DNA of 63,595 nucleotides, filler included, from Octopus bimaculoides (lineage: Eukaryota): the NCBI RefSeq assembly GCF_001194135.2. It is 3 parts of 2 records of this genome, joined end to end, with 100 filler letters (N's around TTAATTAATTAA, not from the genome) between each part and the next. Parts side by side here need not be neighbours in the genome. Positions count along the whole stretch, not along the records: positions 30,393 to 55,727 come from NC_068987.1; positions 55,828 to 63,595 come from NC_069007.1; 1 more part is not named here. One strand, written 5' to 3'. The position numbers and the translations under genes were made by a program. Positions within the stretch are counted from its first letter, which is position 1. Every line of letters starts with the position of its first letter. The notes beneath the pieces were generated by a model. The model saw only the letters and a program-made list of their open reading frames with translations, did not search any database and had not been told where the DNA came from. Of this stretch, positions 53,918-63,595 are shown piece after piece.

Positions 53918-54129
53918 TTTTTTAATTACTCAGCATTCTATTTTAATCTTTGAAAAGCAATAAGTTTTCCTGGGTATAAAATCTCCAGAAGAAATAGCGT
54001 TTGTTTCGTTATAATTCAATATGCTTTTCAAAATTCTTCATTTAATATGTGGGTTACAATTATTTTTCAAATTGCATATATATGTTGAAATCTTTGTCTC
54101 TTGCTTTTTCTTTTTTCTTACTTGTTAAG

Positions 54130-54600
54130 TCTAGAGATAGAGTCTGTCACCCTTGCAGAACCTGATAAATTGATGAGAATTATGTCATTAATGTTCTACT
54201 TAATCTGTACCAGGTCCAATGTTGCAGGAACGGTGAGGAGATTCCAGAAGGCCGATGTTCTATGGATGAAGGAAAAGACAAAGTAGTTAGCACAAGGAAA
54301 GAAGGGGTTGGATGTCCAAAGGCACTAAGAGCTGGAGAGACAAAGAAGTTGGTTGGACTAATCAAATAGTAGACCTTCACTTTGTGAGACCAGCTAGCTG
54401 AACGGAGCACAGGCTACTATTGTAACTAGAGAAATGGCAGACAAACGACACAGGAAGCTTGTGGTACGCCTGAGAGCTAATCAACCGGGCATCTTTTCTC
54501 TGACTGAGATCCAGGTTGTCTGTGCATAAATATTTGCCGCATCGTTCCGCATGTAGGTGCAGTACTCCACTGTGTCTAATTTTCTTTCTAATATTTGAAA
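54130..54600 (-). mobile_element. Decayed CR1-like LINE 3' end
   Basis: VEYCTY...NLDLSQRKDARLI...RANYFVFSFIHRTSAFWNLL...LDLVQIK matches the CR1 ORF2 C-terminus (MEYCSH...LDxIQxKAxRLI...SFxPRTxxLWNxL). Confidence 0.7.
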
Positions 54601-55375
54601 GTTATGCATAGTTATGTTAGTGAAGCGGATCTTTCAAATGGTTCGCAATGATATCGATATGATTAATGATAAATATAAGAATATTTCATGTTAAATGCAA
54701 AAATGACTACTTATAGAACTAATTCTTCAAGGTAGTTTCGTTGAGAAATACAACTGCATTTCCGTTCTCTTTTGATTTTTTTCCCCTTGGTTTAATATTC
54801 ATCTTTTTTTTTATTACTATTCAGTTATATTACACTATGTGCGAACTTCACTGATATTGAGTAACTTATATTTAATGAATATGTATTAAAGTTTTTCATT
54901 CGTTTCTCTTAGGAAGGAAATTAGGTTCTTACTACTTAAAGAATGGTTTTTACCAATATGTGTACTTACATTTATAGAAAGTGGTAGGCTGCTTCCCTGT
55001 TTTCATTCCAACGGCTACTCCTATTCGTCATCAAACGTCTATTATATCTAATGGTTTCTTTGAAGCCACAAAATGCCAGTGCACATACTAGCTAATCTAT
55101 TGAATTATTCTTCATCGTGAAAGATTGTTGAGATAAGCTTATTCTGGCTTTTGAGGAGATTTCTAAGAACACGCGGAGGTGGGTGAAATTTTGTTTATAT
55201 ATAATATCGAATCATGAGTCTTAATGTAAAATATGCAGAAAAAACCCTTTCTCTATCTTTTCTGTATGAACGTGTTTCACGAAGACGTTTAATGAATATT
55301 TAATACATATTCACTTTAAATCAGCGACTCAACATTAATAACTTCACCTATACTCTAATATACTTTCATAATGAT

Positions 55376-55413
<38 letters not shown>

Positions 55414-55727
55414 GACAGCGAAACGGGCTGATTACTACCTAGCTCAGATACCAGGAAACCCCAAAATGGCTGAAGTTCAAAAGATAGTGCTCATGGGAAC
55501 TGCCCATATCCTACGTAAAATACTGTCTATGTGATCTCAAATTTTAAAGCAAACACATAATTTTCTTATGGTTTCTTAAACATTCACTTGAACAAAACTG
55601 TACAAATCCAAATATATGGTACCCTAGGCATAACACCTACGTGAACTTCTAACTTGTTGTCTCTTGAGGTCTCTGGGTGAGACTTGGATCCAACTTGTAC
55701 AAATGCAAAACAAAAGTCAAACATAAT
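55414..55727 (+). mobile_element. 3' end of an R4/Dong-like element inserted in (TAA)n (55378-55413)
   Basis: LAQIPGNPKMAEVQKIVLMGTAHILRKILSM* (REL C-terminus); 3' UTR with a gtctc-tgggt-gagac hairpin; ends aaacataat at the gap. Confidence 0.8.
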
Positions 55728-55827
55728 NNNNNNNNNNNNNNNNNNNNNNNNNNNNNNNNNNNNNNNNNNNNTTAATTAATTAANNNNNNNNNNNNNNNNN
55801 NNNNNNNNNNNNNNNNNNNNNNNNNNN
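55728..55827. other. Artificial scaffold linker N44-TTAATTAATTAA-N44
   Basis: Same counted structure as 30293-30392. Confidence 0.95.
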
Positions 55828-55861
<34 letters not shown>

Positions 55862-55867
<6 letters not shown>

Positions 55868-56085
55868 ATATTTTTGAAATGAGGAATTTATATTCTGTAT
55901 ACTGTTGATATTAGTCAGATTGGTGTCCTCATCTAGGCTGTTGCTTCTGCTATGTTTGAGCTGTTGTACTCTCCAGCTTTCTTCAGTTGTCTTGTGTTGA
56001 ACTTGGTCTTTGTACAACAGTTGAAATGTAGTGGAAGCAACAATGACGATGAGGACACCAGCCAAATTAATATAAACACTATACA
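55862..56085. mobile_element. Inverted PLE pLTR mini-element with an inactivated hammerhead motif
   Basis: About 60-bp inverted arms (ggtgtcctcatc / gatgaggacacc) around minus-strand CUGAAGA-A-AGCUG-GAGAGUACAA-CAGCU-CAAACAU; homologous to 19815-19985. Confidence 0.7.
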
Positions 56086-56284
56086 TATATATAAACGTGT
56101 GTATGTGTGTGTTTGTGACAGAGAGAGGGATAAATGTATATAATGTATATAAGCTATGTATCTCTTCTATAGCAAGACACTTGTACTTGTCCCTCTATCA
56201 TCCTTAGGCTTTTCAAAACATGGCATAAAGCCCCCCTCCTCCTCCTCTCAAATATTCTCCATTTTTTTTTCCTCTCTCTCGGTA

Positions 56285-56480
56285 ACCTCACTAGTGCTGG
56301 TGCCACACAAAGGAAGCACTTACTGCAGTGTAAAGTGGTTGGCATTAGGAAAGGCATCTGTGTGTAGAGACCATGCCAAAGCTGACCCTGTGGCTTGGCA
56401 TAGGCCCTACACCTTGCCAGATCCTGTCAGACTATGCAACCCATGCCAGCATGGAGAATGAACAGTAAATGATGATGGTG
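56285..56480 (+). mobile_element. SINE-C 3' part with (GAT)n tail
   Basis: gtggttggcattaggaaaggcatc...caacccatgccagcatgga...atgatgatg; reverse complement of the copies at 62250 and beyond. Confidence 0.8.
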
Positions 56481-56482
56481 GG

Positions 56483-56642
56483 ATATCTTTTATCGTTTCT
56501 TTCAGTCATTTGGACTGTGGCCATACTGGAGCACTGCCTTGAAAGGTTTTAATTGAACGAATCAGCCCCAGAACTTATTTTTTAAGCCTGCCTCTTATTT
56601 TATCAATTTCTTTTGCTGAATCACTAAGTTGCAGAGGCTTAT

Positions 56643-56680
<38 letters not shown>

Positions 56681-56836
56681 GACAAGTTTCTTCTATTTTT
56701 TTTTTGTCTGCCAAATCCACTCAAGGATTTAGTCAGCCAAAGGCTACAGCAGAAGACCAAGGTCCCAGACAATGGCACTAAACTAGGAACCTTCTGGTTG
56801 AGAAGTAAACTTCTTACCACACAGCCATCCCTACAC
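56483..56836 (-). mobile_element. CpG-decayed full SINE-A
   Basis: tttcagtcatttggactgtggccatactggagcac ... (CA)n ... cttaccacacagccatccctacacc. Confidence 0.85.
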
Positions 56837-57225
56837 CTTTAGAAGGAGGGAGAGAGAGAGAGAGAGATGAATATCTAGACATATGCAGACCTAATATCCG
56901 TTTCATGAAAGCAGACAATTAAATGTGAAGAGAAATGAGTCTCGTTTCCTGTCTCCTCAACTGAATATTGAAATAATATCAAGTCCCATTACTGGTTGTC
57001 ACTGTGGTTCTGTGACTAAAATATCAGGACAAGACATTTGTGAAAAAATAAATGGGTTACATTAACAACAATAGATTATATGCTCTTCGCCGTTGTTTTA
57101 CCATCCATCCTTCCACCTGGACTATCGTCTGACCTGCTTAAAATAGCTGTCAATCTTTCATAGATCATATCCTACTCTCTTACAAGGAGAGGAAAGACAA
57201 TATTAGATCATGTTATTCTATTCAG

Positions 57226-57455
57226 TTTTTTATTACCCACAGGGGGCTAAACACAGAGGGGACAAACAAAGACAGACAAAGGATTAAGTTGATTACATCG
57301 ACGCCAGTGCGTAACTGGTACTTATTTAATCGACCCCCGAAAGGATGAAAGGCAAAGTCAACCCCGGCGGAATTTGAACTCGGATCGTAATGGCAGACAA
57401 AATACCGCTAAGCATTTCGCTTGGCGTGCTAACGTTTCTGCCAGCTCGTCGCCTT
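57226..57455 (-). mobile_element. Full-length SINE-B
   Basis: Reverse complement of 44173-44398; possible 9-bp TSD attctattc. Confidence 0.92.
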
Positions 57456-58129
57456 GATTCTATTCGTATTGTACTTAGGATCATGCCAGCTCTCTACCTT
57501 GGGTATGTGTGTGTGTGCGCATTTCATACAAATATTTCCAACTCCAAAGAAAGTGGGTGGAATGACAAGGAAAACTACTTGAGAAGCGCTGTTTTATCCT
57601 GTGGTCTCTGGTACAGAATCACTTGGAGAGTGTAGCAGGAGGGCAGTGAATGTTTTTGTTGAGAGTGACATTGTTAGGAGTTGAGCTGTGGATCAAAAAG
57701 CTCTTTGTTCAGCAGGAAGTTGAGACATCAACCACCTGGCCCAGCTCTCTCTCTCTCTCATACTTGTTGAGTAGTAACATCTGTCTGGTTGTTTATCTTA
57801 CTTTCAATCAGTCTATATGTCTGTATCTCTCTCTCTCTTTCTCCACACATACACACTCACTTGTAATCCTGTAGGTTGATAAATAGACAAGTACAAAGCA
57901 AGGGAGAAAGACTAACACTGAAATCGGAAACGTTTGGAGCTATTCAAATATATAACAAACTCTTTTTCTCAATTTCAAATCTTATGGTGGAAAGTCTGAA
58001 AGTTTTCAGTTTCAGTAAGATGGTGGGGGACGAGTGTTGGGGTGTGACATTGACGGTGAGGATGATTGTCTAACACAGGTATCCTGAAATACCTGCGAAT
58101 GTGGGTGTGTGGATGTGCACATACATACA

Positions 58130-58165
<36 letters not shown>

Positions 58166-58295
58166 AGCAAAAATTAGCTAAGAGGAATAACTCCAATTGG
58201 CCAGTGACATTGATGTACCTGTATTTTTCTATGATGTTTGTATACATGCCCTGGGCTCTTTGAGTTTCCTTTTAGCTCCATCATCATCATCATTT

Positions 58296-58645
58296 GGAGG
58301 CGCAATGGCCCAGTGGTTAGGGCAGCAGACTCGTGGTCATAGGATCATGGTTTCAATTCCCAGACTGGGCGTTGTGAGTGTTTATTGAGCGAAAACACCT
58401 AAAGCACCCAAGCTAGTGGCATGTAAAACCACCCATTACACTCTTGGAGTGGTTGGCTTTAGGAAGGGCATCCAGCCATAGAAGCCATGCCAAATCAGAC
58501 TGGAATCTGGTGCAGTCCCTCACCTTACCAGCCCTGGTCAAACTACCCAACCCATGCCAATATGGACAACAGATGTTAAATTATGATGATGATGTGGTTG
58601 GTAAACAAACTTCTTACCACACAACCATGCCTCTGCATATATATT
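58296..58645 (+). mobile_element. Composite: tRNA-like SINE-E head, SINE-C 3' part and antisense SINE-A head fragment
   Basis: GGAGGCGCAATGGCCCAGTGGTTAG...GGTTTCAATTCCC (A and B boxes) joined near 58405 to SINE-C sequence ending tgatgatgatg. Confidence 0.7.
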
Positions 58646-59011
58646 ATAAAATCAACTCACCTCTACCGTGTCTCTTAACAATGTTAAAGGTGATAGTTTT
58701 AAAACTTTGATGAGAACAACAAGATTAGAAGTTCTAATGGAGAGTGAATAAGATTGGTATCTGACTTCTGCATCTGAAAGCAATCTTGTGAGATCAGTTG
58801 TGATTGTGATTGGTCAGTTTTTCAGACACAGGCCAGCTGTTTGCAGTGATTTACTATTTGCTCCCTCGTTAACCAACAATTAATTACTCGCACGTTAGCT
58901 GTCAGTAGTTGTCACTTCTTCCATGTTAAGTGGCAAGGGTAAGTGTGCAGAGATGTTCAAATGTGATGTAGATATAAAGGTGTTGCCACTGACACATACA
59001 GCTATACTCAT

Positions 59012-59047
<36 letters not shown>

Positions 59048-59095
59048 GCACATTATGGAGTGCATGTGTGTGTGTGTGTGTGTGTATATACGTTT

Positions 59096-59126
<31 letters not shown>

Positions 59127-59255
59127 ATGCGAGAGAGTTAGGGGTTGAGGATTCAACCCACTAAGGAATAGTATCTATCCAATATACTGCTGGGAGGGTA
59201 CCCAATTATTGTTAAACTAGTGTTATACCAAGTGCAATAAATGGGAGCGGGTAAA

Positions 59256-59757
59256 ACCTTCTTGTCACCAACACTCACCAGTTTCCAAGCAACATAATAT
59301 TTTTACATAGCTATATGTTTTCATGGAAAATCAGAAACAATTTCCATTGCTGCTTTGAAGGTGATACTTGTTTATAACCATCACACACAGTCCAAGTTTA
59401 TTGTATCTACCATATCATTTTTATTTCATTTAATATAATCTTCCATCTACAATAGGCCCAGGCATATATCTGTGGTTGAGTTCTTTTTCCAACCATGTGA
59501 CCTTCATTTCAGTCCTATGGCATGGCACTTTGGGTAAGTGTCTTTTACTAAGGCCCCGGGCTGACCAAATTCTTTGTGTGGATTTGGGAGAGAAAAAATT
59601 AAAAACAAAAAAACACTTGTATGTGTGTGTGATGGTTATAAATGAACATCACCTTCAAAGCAGCAATGGAAATTGTTTCTGATTTTCCATGAAGACATAT
59701 AGCTATGTAAAAATATTATGTTGCTTGGAAACTGGTGAGTGTTGGTGACTGGAAGGT
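59256..59757. repeat. 134-bp inverted repeat (arms 59256-59389 and 59624-59757), 127/134 identical; the right arm is part of a SINE at about 59455-59840
   Basis: Manual base-by-base alignment. Confidence 0.95.
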
Positions 59758-60387
59758 CTTCTGGTTTTAGAAAAATCGACCTCAAAGGATTGTGTCTGAC
59801 CCCTGCAAGTATAGGGAGGTAAACTGAAAACGATGCTGTTCCGGTTGGTTTGGTCTCTGGCCATTATCAAGTGTTGTATTCCTGCAATATTTCCAAAGTC
59901 CCAGACATCCAGGAATAAACCAGCTGATGACTGTAGATGTAATAAATATTGTAATGAGTTCTTTCATGTTTAATGATGTGATTAATTAGTCTTAATTAAC
60001 AGAAATTCATCTCAGACATACCATAATTAGTTGAAGTTGTGTTTTGCATTAGTCCCATCGGCAATGTATTTACAACAACACTGTGACTAAATATAAAATA
60101 ATTGAGTTACTAAATCTTCAACAGTCAATTTATTAATCTATTAGCCACTCCAAAAACTTAATTATTTTTCTAAATATGTAGATTTAACCCATATCATGTT
60201 ATGGACCAACAATAGTGTCCTTATTCCATTTGTAATGACATACTTGTGTGAATCTGAATCCAGTTTGCTCTTTTGAGAATCTTGAAACCACCTAGAAACC
60301 AAAATTTAGAAACCACCAGAATCCACAGACAGATCTATAGACTATAATCAGCAAGACCACTCCATGTTTTAATATAAAGTCAAGAAT

Positions 60388-60600
60388 CCATTCTACTATA
60401 GGCATGGGGCCTCAAATTTTTTGGGGAAGGGGATAGTTGATTACATCGACCCCAGTATTCAACTGGTACTTATTTTATCAACCCCGAAAGGATGAAAGGC
60501 AAAGTTGACCTCGGCAGTATTTGAACTCAGAACAAAGGGACAGATGTAAATGCCAGGAAGCATTTTGCCTGGTATGCTAATGATTCTGCCAGCTTGTCGC
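60388..60600 (-). mobile_element. SINE-B with 17-20 bp TSD
   Basis: tttaatataaagtcaagaat at 60368-60387 and 60601-60620. Confidence 0.9.
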
Positions 60601-60714
60601 TTTAATATAAAGTCAAGAATGCCAAACAGGAACCAAGAAGTCATTGAACTTTCATGTTTTCAATTCTCATCGAGTCCACTGTTTACAGTTTTATGTTTAT
60701 TCATTATTTAATTT

Positions 60715-60905
60715 ATTCTTTTATTTGTTTGTCATTTTGACTGCGGCCATGCTGGAGCATTGCCTTTAGTTGAGCAAAACGACCCCAGGACTTATTCTTT
60801 GTAAGCCTGGTACTTATTCTTTCGGTCTCTTCTGCTGAACCGCTAAGTTACAGGGACGTCAACACATCAGTTGTCAAGCAATGTTGTGGGGGGACTGACA
60901 CACAA
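60715..60905 (-). mobile_element. SINE-A 3' half
   Basis: ttgactgcggccatgctggagc...gaaccgctaagttac. Confidence 0.88.
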
Positions 60906-61329
60906 ACCCATCTCGTGGTTGTGAATGCAACCACATAACCACTAGGCAACACACACATACGTGTGTAGTTTAATTAAAGAAATTAATTGGTTATTAGAAA
61001 ATTGACTGTTTATTTCATCTTGGAATGTGGCATTACTTTGGGGGGGGGGGTGTGAAAATTAATCAAATATTTTCTGATGGTGGGAAGAGCAGGATGTAGA
61101 AAAAGTTGGGAACTTCTGCTCGGTGTGGATGCTTGAACTGCTAGAAATAGCAAACAAATTTCCCTGAAATTCAATGCTACCTTTATAAAGAAAGACAGAC
61201 CCATTGGATAATAATACGGAAGTGGGATAGCCATGGCTGAAATATTTTTTTACCATTGGTCAGCTCAGAACTGATCTGGGACTAAACACCATCATCAATT
61301 ATGAAATGATTTTCATCTCTTATATTTCA

Positions 61330-62220
61330 CAAGGTGTATTCCAGAACTTTCAGACTTTCAGGAGAGACATTTATTAATTTCAAAACTCTAATCTCCTTCA
61401 AAGTAGGATTCCCTGACTTCAATGCATTTGTTGTAGCACTCCAGCCACTTCGTGAAGGCCCCATGGAAGTCCTTCGAAGTGAAGGTGTCCAAGACCTTCG
61501 TCATAACTCCCATCTCCAAGACAACTGCCCCTGAGATTCTCCTTCAGCTTGGGGAACTACCAAAAGTCACAGGGACCAAGATCTGGAATGTAGGGAGGGT
61601 AAGGGACAGGTTTGATGCCCATCCCTGTCAAATGGTTGGTTTCAGGATCTTCATCACTAAGCACCTTTGGGAACAAAACTTTGCACTTGTTCAAATCTTC
61701 TTCGTGAATAATTCTGTATACAATTGTCATACCAACTTGCTCCTTGTCTTTATAAACACGTGACAGTCTTCATCCAGAAAATTGTGAATTTTCTCAACCA
61801 GCTCTGATGTGCCGCCATCCCTCTCCCTCCACACCTCTTATCATTTCTCACCTCCTCTCTACAATGCTTCAACCTCTTGTGCCAGCAAAAAACAGATGCA
61901 TGGTTCATACAAATTAATCCATAAGCAGTCCGGAGCACTTTATAAGTTTTTGTAGCATTTTTGCCCAATTTAACCCACAATTTATTGCATAGTGATTTTC
62001 CAAATTGTCTTCACATCTGACTGCATCCAGCTGTGACAAGCAGTGTTTAGTAGGGGTGTGTTCAAGGTGCTTTTACAGCCATCTCCTTCAATCTAGAATA
62101 GCAAAAGTTGTTAGATCAGCTTATTAGATGTGTAGTAATGATATACTAAAATTACAATAATCTAGAACAATTATTATTGCCTCTCCCAAAAAAGTCTCAG
62201 AACTTCTGGAATGCACCTCA
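61330..62220 (-). mobile_element. Internally deleted mariner transposon
   Basis: Inverted termini aaggtgtattccagaactttcagact / agtctcagaacttctggaatgcacct; KLGKNATKTYKVLRTAYG...ASVFCWHKRLK (HTH); PSLHSRSWSL*LLVVPQ region homologous to PYSPDLAPCDFWLFP. Confidence 0.85.
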
Positions 62221-62249
62221 TATTTTAAATGCTAATTTATACACACACA

Positions 62250-62594
62250 CATCATCATCATCGTTTAACGTCCGCTTTCCATGCTAGCATGGGTTGGACG
62301 ATTTGACTGAGGACTGGCGAACCAGAAGGCTGCACCAGGCTCCAATCTGATCTGGCAGAGTTTCTACAGCTGAATGCCCTTCCTAACGCCAACCACTCCG
62401 AGAGTGTAGTGGGTGCTTTTACATGCCACCGGCACGAAGGCCAGACAGGCGGTACTGGCAATGGCCACGCTCAAAATGGTGTTTTTTACGTGCCACCTGC
62501 ATAGGAGCCAGACCAGCGGCACTGGCAACGACCTTGCTCAAATGATTTTCTAACATGCCACCAACACAAGTGCTGGAAGGCGACGCTGGTAACG
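62250..62594 (-). mobile_element. Young SINE-C copy
   Basis: catcatcatcatcgtttaacgtccgctttccatgctagcatggg...; near-identical to the two copies downstream. Confidence 0.9.
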
Positions 62595-62739
62595 ATTACA
62601 AAATGATGCCCCAGCACGACCACAGTTTAATTACTGGACAAAACCAGTCCAACAATGAGAAGTGTCCGATTTTATTGCTGTTTCGAGGTAAATTTATTTA
62701 TCAGTGAAAGACTAAATGTTGTTTTTGTTTGTTTGCCAG

Positions 62740-62963
62740 CTGATGGAATATTCCTGTATGGAGCTTGCTTTAGAAGGGGAGCGTCTATGCCGAGCTGGTG
62801 ACTGTCAGGCTGGTGTACAATACTTTGAGGCTGCAGTCAAAGCAGGAACTGACGACTTTGCCACATTGAGTGCCATTTATAGTCAGCTTGGCAATGCTTA
62901 CTTCTTCCTGCAGGAATATGGCAAAGCCTTGGAATATCATCGACATGATCTCAACCTGGCCAG
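62740..62963 (+). CDS. GPSM2: Coding exon of G-protein signalling modulator (GPSM1/2, LGN/AGS3/Pins orthologue), N-terminal TPR repeats; the gene continues beyond the window
   Basis: Translation (L)MEYSCMELALEGERLCRAGDCQAGVQYFEAAVKAGTDDFATLSAIYSQLGNAYFFLQEYGKALEYHRHDLNLAR closely matches the LGN N-terminus (MEASCLELALEGERLCKSGDC...TLSAIYSQLGNAYF...KALEYH). Pyrimidine-rich acceptor ttgtttgtttgccAG ends at 62739, ATG at 62743, donor AG|GTAAGA at 62964 (phase 2). GPSM1 versus GPSM2 cannot be resolved from this exon. Confidence 0.95.
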
Positions 62964-63080
62964 GTAAGAAATTTTTGATTTAATTCTTTAATTAGCTGAT
63001 CTGATCATATGTAAATGCACGTGTGTGTGTATATGTGTTTGTGTATACATATATGTGTATACATATATGTGTATACATAT

Positions 63081-63595
63081 CATCATCATCATCATCGTTT
63101 AACGTCCGCTTTCCATGCTAGCATGGGTTGGACGATTTGACTGAGGACTGGTGAAACCGGATGGCTACACCAGGCTCCAATCTGATTTGGCAGAGTTTCT
63201 ACAGCTGGATGCCCTTCCTAACACCAACCACTCCGAGAGTGTAGTGGGTGCTTTTACGTGCCACCGGCACGAAGGCCAGTCAGGCGGTACTGGCAACGGC
63301 CACGCTCAAAATGGTGTATTTTATGTGCCACCTGCACAAGAGCCAGTCCAGGAGCACTGGCAACGATCTTGCTCAAAAGTCCTTACACATGCCGCAGGCA
63401 TATATCATCATCATCATCATCATCGTTTAACGTCCGCTTTCCATGCTAGCATGGGTTGGACGATTTGACTGAGGACTGGTGAAACCGGATGGCAACACCA
63501 GGCTCCAGTCTGATTTGGCAGAGTTTCTACAGCTGGATGCCCTTCCTAACGCCAACCACTCAGAGAGTGTAGTGGGTGCTTTTACGTGTCACCCG
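63081..63595 (-). mobile_element. Two tandem SINE-C copies (63081-63400; 63407 to window end)
   Basis: Same sequence as 62250; both begin with (CAT)n cgtttaacgtccgc. Confidence 0.9.

Noticed and set aside
63151-63468. 105-aa ORF downstream of the GPSM exon as a second exon
   Set aside because: Lies entirely within antisense SINE-C and does not resemble the expected next LGN segment (TIGDxLGEAKASGNLG).

Overview
AT-rich, repeat-dense animal genomic DNA, most likely octopus (inferred from the recurring tRNA-derived SINE families and microsatellite load; not verifiable here). The only recognisable host gene sequence is one exon of a GPSM1/2 (LGN/AGS3/Pins) orthologue on + at 62740-62963, encoding the first TPR repeats. 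Everything else identifiable is decayed mobile DNA: one Tx1/L1 RT fragment, two Penelope-like (PLE) remnants (one with RT plus GIY-YIG), four R4/Dong-like RT/restriction-like-endonuclease fragments, three CR1-like fragments, three mariner remnants plus two MITEs, and many SINEs (A-E are my own working labels). Most ORFs in the supplied track are microsatellite or antisense artefacts. Most interesting: (1) minimal hammerhead ribozyme motifs inside small inverted PLE pseudo-LTR elements (19815-19985, 55862-56085) plus decayed relatives; (2) R4/Dong-like copies whose junctions lie in (CATA)n microsatellites, next to relatives in (TAA)n; (3) a 134-bp, 95%-identical inverted duplication in the presumed GPSM intron; (4) a sharp CpG-depletion boundary exactly at an artificial 100-bp scaffold linker, suggesting the GPSM 5' end is missing or the join is wrong.
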